The position numbers were made by a program, and so were the translations under genes. Shown here in pieces: positions 6,757 to 15,179 of a DNA stretch of 54,659 nt. The notes under the pieces are model-generated. The model saw only the letters and a list, made by a program, of their open reading frames with translations. It made no database searches and had not been told where the DNA came from. The stretch is from IMG/VR virus record IMGVR_UViG_3300026183_000006, positions 1 to 54,659 of that record; one strand, written 5' to 3'. How positions within the stretch are numbered: the stretch's first letter is position 1; the number at the start of each line of letters is the position of its first letter. This stretch comes from a virus. Its lineage: Duplodnaviria; Caudoviricetes.

Positions 6757-7478
6757 AAAAACTAATATCACTGATAATATCACTATTATTCGCAACTTCT
6801 TTATCGAAGGCTGCTATTGTCACCTTTACTGGAGGAACTGCAAATCTTGCAAATGGCGAAATCGTCATCACTGATGCACAATCTTATAACGATGGCGTGA
6901 TGAGCTATCAAGAAGGAGATGTCATCCTAGACTATTTGTCCCCTAATGAAGATTGGAGCTTTCAAACCGTAGGAAATTACTACGGTGCTGGAGATGACGT
7001 AATTCATGGCCATTGGAGCGCAATCTCATCTATTGAGATTTACCGTGAGGGAAACACTCCTTTTGATCTTCAGTTCTTCCATTTAACATCTAACACTGAA
7101 ATTGGTGGAGGAGCAGCAACTGGAGACGAAATCATTGCTATTCAAGGGTGGTTAGATGGAGCAGCAGTTACTGAAGAGTTTCAATTGCCAAGTGAAGATT
7201 GGGGTGGGGAATACCAAGATATTTTTCTCCCCTCTTCGTTCGATAACGTTGACAAAGTCGTTATTCGCGATTTGTCTCAATGGACAACAGGAGAGTACAT
7301 ACAAGGCGAATGGTCAGCATTCTGTTTTGGAATGGATAACTTTGTATTTGACGAGGTTGTTCCCCAAGAACTGATTATAGGGAATTCAAATGAGCTTGAA
7401 GTAGTTCCAGTACCTGAAATTGGAACTTCGTTACTTTCTTGCTTAAGTGTATTAATGCTTTTTAGAAAAAGGAGGTAA
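6753..7478 (+). CDS. PEP-CTERM-type sorted surface protein
   Basis: Signal peptide ending SKA-AIV; acidic beta-rich body; C-terminus VPVPE + hydrophobic helix + RKRR. Confidence 0.85.
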   Translation: MKKLISLIISLLFATSLSKAAIVTFTGGTANLANGEIVITDAQSYNDGVMSYQEGDVILDYLSPNEDWSFQTVGNYYGAGDDVIHGHWSAISSIEIYREGNTPFDLQFFHLTSNTEIGGGAATGDEIIAIQGWLDGAAVTEEFQLPSEDWGGEYQDIFLPSSFDNVDKVVIRDLSQWTTGEYIQGEWSAFCFGMDNFVFDEVVPQELIIGNSNELEVVPVPEIGTSLLSCLSVLMLFRKRR

Positions 7479-7516
7479 AATTAGAAAACTTTACTTATTT
7501 TAAGTAGAGCAATAAC

Positions 7517-7568
7517 AAAAAGGATATATCCGAACCCTAAAAATAGGGATAGGAATATCCTTTTTTTT
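7517..7568 (+). terminator. Intrinsic terminator with interrupted long stem
   Basis: AAAAAGGATAT...CCCTA-AAAA-TAGGG...ATATCC followed by T8. Confidence 0.75.
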
Positions 7569-7671
7569 CTTTTCAATCTTTGGTATTCACGATTAGCGGG
7601 GAAAGAAGACCTGAGAGGTCTCTCAAATAATGCTCTTTTGAATTTTAGATTCTTTTTCATGACTTTTTTTA

Positions 7672-7699
7672 TTTACAATCAGTCAATACCTGGTATAAT
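7672..7699 (+). promoter_or_regulatory. Sigma70-type promoter with extended -10
   Basis: TTTACA, 16 nt, TG-G-TATAAT; ATG 6 nt downstream. Confidence 0.8.
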
Positions 7700-7705
7700 A
7701 ATATC

Positions 7706-8866
7706 ATGAAAGCAAAAAAGTCTAAGAAGTTTCTTAAATCCGGCCGTGTTGCTGCACCAGATTATAAATTTACTGGTGATGAACCGACTTGGCATAATAT
7801 GTCTGAAGAAAAATATGAACGCATTCTTAGCAAATGTCTAACATTCTATAATTACTATCTTGATAGGGATGATTATATTTATATCATTCAAGAGTTTATG
7901 AAGAAGAATTCATACGGGATTAAAGATATCAAGGCAATTGAGTATGTTCCAAAAACAAGCTATGTTTTTAACATTACAGGCAAACTATGCCGTTGCTATA
8001 ATATGGGTATGCCAAAATTTGGAAAATACTTTGACACAGTTATACAAAATATTAAAGAGTTAATTTCTGACGCTAAATCAGAAATGCTTAATAAGAAATT
8101 TAAATCTGTCGAAAAGGTGGATGCTCCTAAAAAACCAAATGTTCATGCAATTATGACCGAGAAAGTTCGGACTTCTGTATTATGTGAACTTGAAGGCATG
8201 TTAGATGAATGGACAGACCCTAAAGCAAAGATTAAAAAATTTAATATTGCCTCAATACTTCGAGGAGAGAATATACCTATTGCATTCTTAGGCCCAATTG
8301 TTGAATGGCTTGAAAGACATAAGAATGATTATACTGACGCTTACGAGAAGAGGTGTCCTGATATGGTTGAAGGTTTTTCATATCTTTCAAAACCACAACT
8401 TCGAAACCGCATTAAAGCTCTTGATGATATGCTTAATGAGATTATCCTTTACAAAGCTTCAAAGAAATCTTCTCGTAAACCACGAATTAAAAAGGCTAAA
8501 TCTGCTGATAAGCAAGTAGAACGTTTGAATTATCTCAATGAATCTAAAGAATATTCAATTCAATCGTGCGATCCAACAAGAATAATTTCTGCACAATTGT
8601 TATTTACATTTAACACAAAATATCGTATAATGACCATGTACAAAGCAGAGAATCGAGACGGTTTTACAGTATCTGGTAGCACACTCAAAGGGTTTGATCC
8701 TAAAACATCCATATCATTCACGCTGCGTAAGCCTAAAGATTTTCTACCAATTGTTGCATCAAAAACACAAAAACAAATTGAAAAGGAGCTATCTAAGATA
8801 AAGACAAAACCAAAATCACCAAATGGACGAATCAACAAAAACACTATACTAATTAGAACTCTATGA
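7706..8866 (+). CDS. Conserved T4-like-phage hypothetical protein upstream of gp33
   Basis: 386 aa basic protein; EGFSYL, FNTKYR, GSTLKGFD, TLRKP, NGRINKNTILIR resemble a family found here in marine T4-like phages. Confidence 0.75.
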   Translation: MKAKKSKKFLKSGRVAAPDYKFTGDEPTWHNMSEEKYERILSKCLTFYNYYLDRDDYIYIIQEFMKKNSYGIKDIKAIEYVPKTSYVFNITGKLCRCYNMGMPKFGKYFDTVIQNIKELISDAKSEMLNKKFKSVEKVDAPKKPNVHAIMTEKVRTSVLCELEGMLDEWTDPKAKIKKFNIASILRGENIPIAFLGPIVEWLERHKNDYTDAYEKRCPDMVEGFSYLSKPQLRNRIKALDDMLNEIILYKASKKSSRKPRIKKAKSADKQVERLNYLNESKEYSIQSCDPTRIISAQLLFTFNTKYRIMTMYKAENRDGFTVSGSTLKGFDPKTSISFTLRKPKDFLPIVASKTQKQIEKELSKIKTKPKSPNGRINKNTILIRTL

Positions 8867-9114
8867 GCGAAGAAAAAGATAAAAAGGTTATTATTAAACC
8901 AGCAATCACAAAAGAACAACTAAGATTAGAAGTAGAAAAACTCGTCCATGGGGATGGTTTGTCATACACCGAGTCGATTATTGAAGTTTGTAATAGAAAA
9001 GAAATTGATCCTGAAGATATGGCTAAGCTTGTCAAAGGACCTCTTAAAAGCAAACTCGAGGTTGAAGCAATGGATAGAAATATAATCAAAAGAACAACAT
9101 CAACATTATTTTAA
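8863..9114 (+). CDS. 33: Late transcription coactivator gp33
   Basis: LSYTESIIEVC...IDPEDMAKLVKGPLKSKLEVEA; synteny with 59 and 32. Confidence 0.9.
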   Translation: MSEEKDKKVIIKPAITKEQLRLEVEKLVHGDGLSYTESIIEVCNRKEIDPEDMAKLVKGPLKSKLEVEAMDRNIIKRTTSTLF

Positions 9115-9117
9115 ATC

Positions 9118-9246
9118 ATGAAAAAAATAGGACAATACGAACCAAAGAAAAAAATACGCCGTAAAGGCGTGCACGCTAAATCAAAAACATCTAAAATCAA
9201 AGGATCAACCAATTACAAAAAACCATATAATGGTCAGGGACGATGA
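9118..9246 (+). CDS. Small very basic protein (42 aa, not in ORF track)
   Basis: MKKIGQYEPKKKIRRKGVHAKSKTSKIKGSTNYKKPYNGQGR*; ATGA overlap with the next gene. Confidence 0.75.
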   Translation: MKKIGQYEPKKKIRRKGVHAKSKTSKIKGSTNYKKPYNGQGR

Positions 9247-9614
9247 GTGCAATTGAAGTGATTAAAAGCGCTGAAGAACATTGGTATCAAATAAGATGGA
9301 ATGCTGTTGTTGAATACAAAGATGAGAAGTATGTCATTTGCGTAGAGGAAACACCTAAATGGGGAGAGCGGGATTTATATTATTATGATGATACGAAAAA
9401 ATTGGATGTAGGTGATAGAGTCAATGATACTGAAATTTATGAAGCAATTATCGAAAGACTCAGTGATTCAGGATGTTTGACACAAAGTGAATTATATAAA
9501 GGGGAATGCTTCTTTGAAGATGAAGACGATGAAGCACCATCCTTTAATGTTCCTGAATTCAGTAAGCCTAGTACTGAAATTCCAGTCTTTGATCATGTTC
9601 CAAAGGAATTTTAA
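9243..9614 (+). CDS. Acidic hypothetical protein (123 aa)
   Basis: ORF tightly packed between neighbours. Confidence 0.7.
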   Translation: MSAIEVIKSAEEHWYQIRWNAVVEYKDEKYVICVEETPKWGERDLYYYDDTKKLDVGDRVNDTEIYEAIIERLSDSGCLTQSELYKGECFFEDEDDEAPSFNVPEFSKPSTEIPVFDHVPKEF

Positions 9615-9616
9615 TA

Positions 9617-10210
9617 ATGAATGGGTATCTTGCATATCAAATCTATCAATCTCTTAAGCTGCATTTCACTAGCGATTATGATGCAGTAAAATATAATTAT
9701 AAGACTGCAGTAAAAAGAAACACATTTGAAAAACGAAGAGATCGTTATTTCTTTGAAAAGCTATCTCGTCGATTCAACAGAGAACAGCTTATTGATTATT
9801 TTACATCTAACCTAATCGAAAATCCAAACGTTTGGATTGGAGATATGAGTGATGATGTTTATAAAGCCTATATAGCAAGATACGACAAATTGACTTATAT
9901 GTTTGAGCAAGATATGAAATCTCTTTCAAATAAGGGTTATACCTTTGATGATATTTGCTCATCAACACCAGACTTTTCCCAGAGTCCTATCTTAGAGGCT
10001 CTCAGAAGTGGCCAGATTAACGTTGAAAGTGTTATCCTATTAGACATACTCGTTAATTTTTTAAGGCGCCTGAAGAGCATTCTGAGTGATCCTTTGGGAA
10101 TAAATAAAGATATGATTGATATGCTAATTAGCTATAAATCAATCATGCTGCAGAAGCCATTACCAAGAAATAAAATTAAGGATAAAGCACTTTTAGTATT
10201 TACAACTTAA
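9617..10210 (+). CDS. 59: Helicase loader gp59
   Basis: YQSLKLHFTSDYDAVKYN, FEKRRDRYFFEKLS, WIGDM. Confidence 0.92.
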   Translation: MNGYLAYQIYQSLKLHFTSDYDAVKYNYKTAVKRNTFEKRRDRYFFEKLSRRFNREQLIDYFTSNLIENPNVWIGDMSDDVYKAYIARYDKLTYMFEQDMKSLSNKGYTFDDICSSTPDFSQSPILEALRSGQINVESVILLDILVNFLRRLKSILSDPLGINKDMIDMLISYKSIMLQKPLPRNKIKDKALLVFTT

Positions 10211-10227
10211 CAAATTTATGGTAGTAT
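10199..10227 (+). promoter_or_regulatory. Sigma70-type promoter for gene 32
   Basis: TTTACA, 17 nt, TG-G-TAGTAT. Confidence 0.6.
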
Positions 10228-10281
10228 AGACTCTGTCAGGAAAAAACAAAATATACACTGCAAATACAAAATAAAAATACT

Positions 10282-11178
10282 ATGTCATTCGAAAAACTAA
10301 AACAAAATCGTGAAAGCGCAATCTCAAAGTTAGTCTCAGCCGCTGATACAAACACAGAAAAAAAGACTTATGGCGATGATCGCTTATGGAAACCAACTGT
10401 GGATAAAGCAGGTAATGGCTATGCCGTTATTCGTTTTCTCCCAGCTGGTGCTGGTGAAGATCTTCCATGGGTTCGCTATTGGGATCATGGATTCAAAGGG
10501 CCTACCGGCCGTTGGTACATTGAGCGTTCTTTGACTTCAATTGGTCAACAAGATCCTGTCTCTGAACTTAATTCGCAACTTTGGAATACAGGTCGTGATG
10601 AAGATAAAGAACTTGCGCGTCAACGTAAACGTCGACTGCATCATGTTTCTAATATCTTGGTTATCTCTGATTCAGCTAATCCTGAAAACGAAGGAAAGGT
10701 TTTCCTTTATGAGTATGGAAAGAAAATCATGGACAAAATCATGGATGTAATGCAACCACAGTTCCAAGATGAAACACCTGTTAATCCATTCGATTTTTGG
10801 TCTGGTGCTAACTTTAAGCTTAAGATTCGTAATGTAGAAGGCTATCGCAACTACGACAAATCTGAGTTTGACGCACCAACAAGTTTGTTTGATGGAGATG
10901 AAACTCGCCTTGAAGAAACTTATAATAAGCTATACACTCTTGGCGAATTTACTGATCCGGAAAACTACAAATCCTATTCAGATCTTAAACGTAAAATGTT
11001 TGAGGTCCTTGGCGAAGCTGAAGTAGCATCAACAATGTCTACTGAACAGCAAGTTGAAATGAATACGACGAAAGAAGAACCTTCTTTCAAAAGTGTTGAT
11101 ACTGAAGACACAAATGTGAGTAACGATGATTCTGATGAAGATACTCTTAGTTACTTCGCAAAACTAGCATCTAGCTAA
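10282..11178 (+). CDS. 32: Single-stranded DNA-binding protein gp32
   Basis: DDRLWKPTVDKAGNGYAVIRFLPA, NPFDFWSGANFKLKIR, NYDKSEF, acidic tail ending YFAKLA. Confidence 0.97.
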   Translation: MSFEKLKQNRESAISKLVSAADTNTEKKTYGDDRLWKPTVDKAGNGYAVIRFLPAGAGEDLPWVRYWDHGFKGPTGRWYIERSLTSIGQQDPVSELNSQLWNTGRDEDKELARQRKRRLHHVSNILVISDSANPENEGKVFLYEYGKKIMDKIMDVMQPQFQDETPVNPFDFWSGANFKLKIRNVEGYRNYDKSEFDAPTSLFDGDETRLEETYNKLYTLGEFTDPENYKSYSDLKRKMFEVLGEAEVASTMSTEQQVEMNTTKEEPSFKSVDTEDTNVSNDDSDEDTLSYFAKLASS

Positions 11179-11198
11179 AATAATAAATATATACGAAT

Positions 11199-11522
11199 AT
11201 GAATAAACTAATTGTTGTACTATCATCGTTTGTCATGGCTCTTTCAGCTATTGCTGATGAGAAAAAGGATAAGAAGCCAGTAAAAAAGCTTCCACCTGCT
11301 ATGGCTAAATTTGATAAGAACAAAGACGGTAAGCTTTGTCCTAAGGAAAGAGCTGAAGCTAAGAAGGCTTTTTTAGCAAAGTACGATAAGAATAAAGATG
11401 GTAAGCTCTGTGAAAAAGAGCGCAAAGCCGTTGCAGCTGATCGTGCCAAAGCAGCTAAAGCTCGTAAGGCTCGTAAGGCCCGTAAGCTACCTAAAGGTTC
11501 TAAGGGTAAAGTACAAAAATAA
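11199..11522 (+). CDS. Secreted basic EF-hand protein
   Basis: Signal peptide (AIA-DE); two 12-residue loops DKNKDGKLCPKE and DKNKDGKLCEKE; KAR tandem repeat. Confidence 0.85.
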   Translation: MNKLIVVLSSFVMALSAIADEKKDKKPVKKLPPAMAKFDKNKDGKLCPKERAEAKKAFLAKYDKNKDGKLCEKERKAVAADRAKAAKARKARKARKLPKGSKGKVQK

Positions 11523-11544
11523 ACATAACTAATAATACATAGTT

Positions 11545-11576
11545 AAGGGGGATGGTCTTTTGGCCATCCCCTTTTT
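11545..11576. terminator. Intrinsic terminator between convergent units
   Basis: AGGGGGATGGTC-TTTT-GGCCATCCCCTT followed by a T-run. Confidence 0.85.
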
Positions 11577-13029
11577 AGCTTCCGGCTGCAGATAACGCAT
11601 CTCCTGCGATACTATTTCCGTTTTGAACGATATATGTCACGTTGTTAGTTGTGTTAATTGATGCATTAGAGTCTCCAGTACTAATACCACCAGTGTTTGA
11701 TTTTGCCCTTTCCTCTTCAAGTTTTAGTTTTTTCTCGAGCTCATCTTTCTTTTTAAGCTCTGCTTTCATATCCTTAATATTAGATATTTCAGCATCAACA
11801 TTATTTTTTAATATCCGTGTACCTTCATTTAAATCATCGATAAACTTTATAGCAGATTTTTTTAAAAAGAAATCAGGTATTTTATCAAGTAAACTTGCAA
11901 TACCTTGTTGTAAGAATAAAAAGAAACTTTGAATTGTTAGACCAATTTGTTTTAAAGTTAATTTCATTCTTTCAAATGTAGAACCACCAAAAACATCTGT
12001 GACAAGAGCTTTAATAGTATTAAACGGGATCATCACTACATTAACAATAGAATTCCATACTTTAGTAAGTCCTTCCATTATTTTTTCAGTGTCCCACATA
12101 AAAATGCCTTTGACTAAATCAACAATTCCACCAAATGCATCCTTAATACTTTCAATGATTACTTCTGTATTTTCCGTGATTTGATTAGCTAGTTCTTCAA
12201 ATCCTAACCATTCTGCGATTTTAGATGGTATCATAGTCAACAATCTTAAAAGACCTCCTACTAATCCATCAAATAGACTATTAAATCCTTCTTTTATACC
12301 TCCTATGATACCATCTTCGCTATAGCCTCTCATGAAGCCTTTAACAAAATCAAAGATTCCTATTAAGATTGTTAAAGGTAAAAATACTTTTCCTAATATT
12401 CTTCCTATATTTCTGAAAATACCGAATATCTTATTGTACTTTCTTGCAGCTTTGACCAGCGATTTAAAGAAATTTCCTATTTTTTTGAAAATACCAAAAA
12501 CTGTGTTTCCTGCTGCTCTTAATTTTTTAAGACCAATCGCTTTGATAGTTTTCCCGATTTTTCTGAAAAATTCGCCAATGGCCTTGATCCGATCAATGAC
12601 ATACTTGACCACACGCATTTTACCCAATTTCTTAAAACTTAAGAAATTAAGAATTTTTCCAAAAGTTTTAAATGCCTTAACAGTTTTTCTGAATGTACTA
12701 ACAGCAGCATCAAATACACCTACAATACCAGCAAAGAGTAAGAATGCCTTAATAATTTTAAAAATAAAACTAAAAATTGACTTTGGAGATTTCAATAACC
12801 CTTTACTAAAACTAAATAGACCTTTAAGTAACGTAGGAACGATATTAGTAATAACTTTTAATAAGTTATCGTACTTCTTTGCAGAATCAACCTTTTCTTC
12901 AAGCCTTTTTAATGCATCTTTCTTTTGTTCATCAATAAGAGGGTCGGAAAGAGCTCGAGAGTTCTCAATCACCACCTTTTGAGTGATATTACTAAAATCC
13001 TTTTTAGTGATGTATGGTTCGTTAGCCAT
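11575..13029 (-). CDS. Tail tape measure protein (gp29-like)
   Basis: 484 aa helical protein with amphipathic F/I-K repeats, hydrophobic segments and a T/N-rich C-terminus; downstream of the gp26-like gene. Confidence 0.7.
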   Translation of the reverse strand: MANEPYITKKDFSNITQKVVIENSRALSDPLIDEQKKDALKRLEEKVDSAKKYDNLLKVITNIVPTLLKGLFSFSKGLLKSPKSIFSFIFKIIKAFLLFAGIVGVFDAAVSTFRKTVKAFKTFGKILNFLSFKKLGKMRVVKYVIDRIKAIGEFFRKIGKTIKAIGLKKLRAAGNTVFGIFKKIGNFFKSLVKAARKYNKIFGIFRNIGRILGKVFLPLTILIGIFDFVKGFMRGYSEDGIIGGIKEGFNSLFDGLVGGLLRLLTMIPSKIAEWLGFEELANQITENTEVIIESIKDAFGGIVDLVKGIFMWDTEKIMEGLTKVWNSIVNVVMIPFNTIKALVTDVFGGSTFERMKLTLKQIGLTIQSFFLFLQQGIASLLDKIPDFFLKKSAIKFIDDLNEGTRILKNNVDAEISNIKDMKAELKKKDELEKKLKLEEERAKSNTGGISTGDSNASINTTNNVTYIVQNGNSIAGDALSAAGS

Positions 13030-13207
13030 TATTTTGTTTTTGTTTTAATTCTTCTTCTTCAATATGGTCTTTTAAAAGTGTAATATAAATCTCCCTTTCC
13101 CATGGAATCATGCTATCTAATTCTGATAAACTATATTTGTGGTGTTGTACTAAAGAAAATTGAACATGATAATAGTTTTCAAGTGAATTATGAGAAAGGG
13201 CTAGGTG
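13022..13207 (-). CDS. Start-less ORF (gp51-like annotation in marine T4-like phages), probable -1 frameshift extension of the upstream gene
   Basis: HLALSHNSLENYYHVQFSLVQHHKYSLSELDSMIPWEREIYITLLKDHIEEEELKQKQNNG*; first in-frame ATG only at residue 33. Confidence 0.8.
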   Translation of the reverse strand, partial: HLALSHNSLENYYHVQFSLVQHHKYSLSELDSMIPWEREIYITLLKDHIEEEELKQKQNNG

Positions 13208-13902
13208 AAAAAATCACCTAAACCACTTAAAACTTTTTTGTTTTTATAACCCGTTGGTCCTTCAAATTCAATTTCATATTTAAGAGAAGGTGCTGAATCA
13301 AGCCATTTCTTAATTTCTTCTACTTGTTCTGTGTTTAGAGAATCAATGAAGTTTTCAATGTCTTTTGGGGTTGCTTCTGAAAATGGGTATACAGTATCAT
13401 TATCATATACACTTTCAATTACACTCGAAAGTGCTTGAATAATTGGATTTGTCTTGTTTCTTCCTCTGGCAGCACGTTCAGCATCTTTTAAACCAGGAGA
13501 TCGAAGAATAATTCCGACATCATCTGTAAGTTTAATGTTATTATCAATAGCTTCTCCCTTTGTTATTTTAACTTCTGAGAGGTCAATTGGTACTTCAACA
13601 AACTCACCGCTTTCATCGCATTTTACACGTATTTCTGTTGTTTCACCTACACTTTTTGCTCTAATTTGCAATAAAATATATTCCAAATCGCTCATTGTGA
13701 GTGAATATAAATCGAGTTTATTAAATGTGCAAGCTTTAATAATGTCTTTCATAGCAGCAATCATACTTGCATCTGTTCCTGCTTCTTGTGCAATCATTAA
13801 TACTTTTTCCTCTTTTACGAGGAATGGGCGGAATTCAACCATCTCATCACTTGAAGGGATAGTTAAAAAATATTTGGGTGTTTCAATTTTTGGTAATGTC
13901 AT
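13201..13902 (-). CDS. Baseplate hub assembly protein (gp26-like), probable tail assembly chaperone
   Basis: LPKIETPKY, FRPFLVKEEKVL, DLEYILLQIRAKSVGE, C-terminal GLGDFF. Confidence 0.88.
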   Translation of the reverse strand: MTLPKIETPKYFLTIPSSDEMVEFRPFLVKEEKVLMIAQEAGTDASMIAAMKDIIKACTFNKLDLYSLTMSDLEYILLQIRAKSVGETTEIRVKCDESGEFVEVPIDLSEVKITKGEAIDNNIKLTDDVGIILRSPGLKDAERAARGRNKTNPIIQALSSVIESVYDNDTVYPFSEATPKDIENFIDSLNTEQVEEIKKWLDSAPSLKYEIEFEGPTGYKNKKVLSGLGDFFT

Positions 13903-13919
13903 AATAATTTAATTATAAT

Positions 13920-14576
13920 TTATATAAGTCGTTTGAATACGTCAAGCTTGCTGCTTGTACTATTTATGATCGAACGAAGACGTGTTTCAGTCACAAATCT
14001 ATTGTAAGTCATATTTACTGATATTTGTATTTTAGCATCAGTGTTTTCATTTGAAAGGCTAATACTATTAACGGACGTTGGATAAGAGTCGATTAAACGT
14101 ACACCGTAGATAGTAGCATTATTTTTATCTAATAATTGGATGTGGGTATCAGTTTTATAATCACTATCGTAAGAAACTAAATGTGATTCAGGATCAATAA
14201 TACTTTCCATCCATTTATCAAACATTTTTTTAATATAAACATCATTTGTTAATGTGAATACAAACTCAACATCTTCTTCGATAATAGTCTGTGGATACTT
14301 CCTTGGATTTCTACCGAAGGCATCGTATTCACCAGTTTGAATAAGACGTCCGGGCAAAAAACACGAATCGCAAAGTATGCTTATATCTCTTGGATCATTA
14401 ACGATAGGACCTTGTCCAAATAAACCACCTAAGTTTAATAATGTTTCTGTAGGAGGAAGTATTGTAACTGAAAATCTATTTGACGCAGCTAAACCTCTTC
14501 TTTTACCAATTGTTGATTTAAAATCATCAATTTTAGAAGGATTAAGAGCATTATTAATATCGTTTTGGAATGACAT
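13920..14576 (-). CDS. Tail tube initiator (gp54/gp19-like fold)
   Basis: GLAASNRFSV, ILCDSCFLPGR, FDKWMESI, LIDSYPTSV. Start placed at MSFQN, just past the gp2 stop (track gives 14609). Confidence 0.75.
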   Translation of the reverse strand: MSFQNDINNALNPSKIDDFKSTIGKRRGLAASNRFSVTILPPTETLLNLGGLFGQGPIVNDPRDISILCDSCFLPGRLIQTGEYDAFGRNPRKYPQTIIEEDVEFVFTLTNDVYIKKMFDKWMESIIDPESHLVSYDSDYKTDTHIQLLDKNNATIYGVRLIDSYPTSVNSISLSNENTDAKIQISVNMTYNRFVTETRLRSIINSTSSKLDVFKRLI

Positions 14577-14578
14577 AA

Positions 14579-15169
14579 TTAGGTGAATTGTTTTCTTGAT
14601 TGTTGCCATACACCTTTCGCTTTAATCCTTATAAACTGCTCTGACGGTAAGAAGAGTACAGTCTCCCAATGCTGGGCAGGGATTTCCACGATTCGTGATC
14701 TAATGTGGTCGGTAAGATAATGTTTAAAGCAAGGAGCGAAATATCGTAGTCTTGCATTAGATTTTAAAAAATTGTATTTTAATTTCAACTTAGTAGTGCT
14801 ATTATATTTCTTATTGTTTGTATATTCTGTAAGTTGATCAAAAAAGATGGCTCTATAGCCTGGTGAAAGGTAATGAAGGTTGAGGCCGTAGAATCCACCT
14901 TCTGCTTTGTCAACTAAGAATATAAGAGGAAATCTGTCATAGTATGGTAATGTCTTCTTATGCTTTGGATCATAAGTGTACATAAACATACGACCAACGA
15001 GTGGCGTAGTTCTATATTCAAAGTTTTCATCAGATAAAAGTTTTTTACGACTTGGTATTGTACTTAGAAGCTCAATCTCGTTTCTAAACCATTCAAGCGA
15101 TTCCTTTGTATTACGCTCGATGCCAGAAACAGTTGCTCTATCTTCAAGTCTATTAATAAACGTTGCCAT
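14579..15169 (-). CDS. 2: DNA end protector protein gp2
   Basis: YDPKHKKTLPYYDRFPL, GLNLHYL, PCFKHYL, FLPSEQF; late promoter at 15177-15184 (-). Confidence 0.93.
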   Translation of the reverse strand: MATFINRLEDRATVSGIERNTKESLEWFRNEIELLSTIPSRKKLLSDENFEYRTTPLVGRMFMYTYDPKHKKTLPYYDRFPLIFLVDKAEGGFYGLNLHYLSPGYRAIFFDQLTEYTNNKKYNSTTKLKLKYNFLKSNARLRYFAPCFKHYLTDHIRSRIVEIPAQHWETVLFLPSEQFIRIKAKGVWQQSRKQFT

Positions 15170-15179
15170 CTACATCTAT

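Noticed and set aside
7596-7635. TPP riboswitch-like words (GGGG, CTGAGA, ATAATGC)
   Set aside because: The ACCC/ACCTGA elements and P4/P5 pairing are missing, and it lies upstream of the promoter rather than in a leader.
12332-12982. 216-aa antisense ORF (also 11642, 11999, 13454) opposite the tape measure and gp26-like genes
   Set aside because: Shadow frames produced by codon bias on the coding strand; no promoter or recognisable motif.
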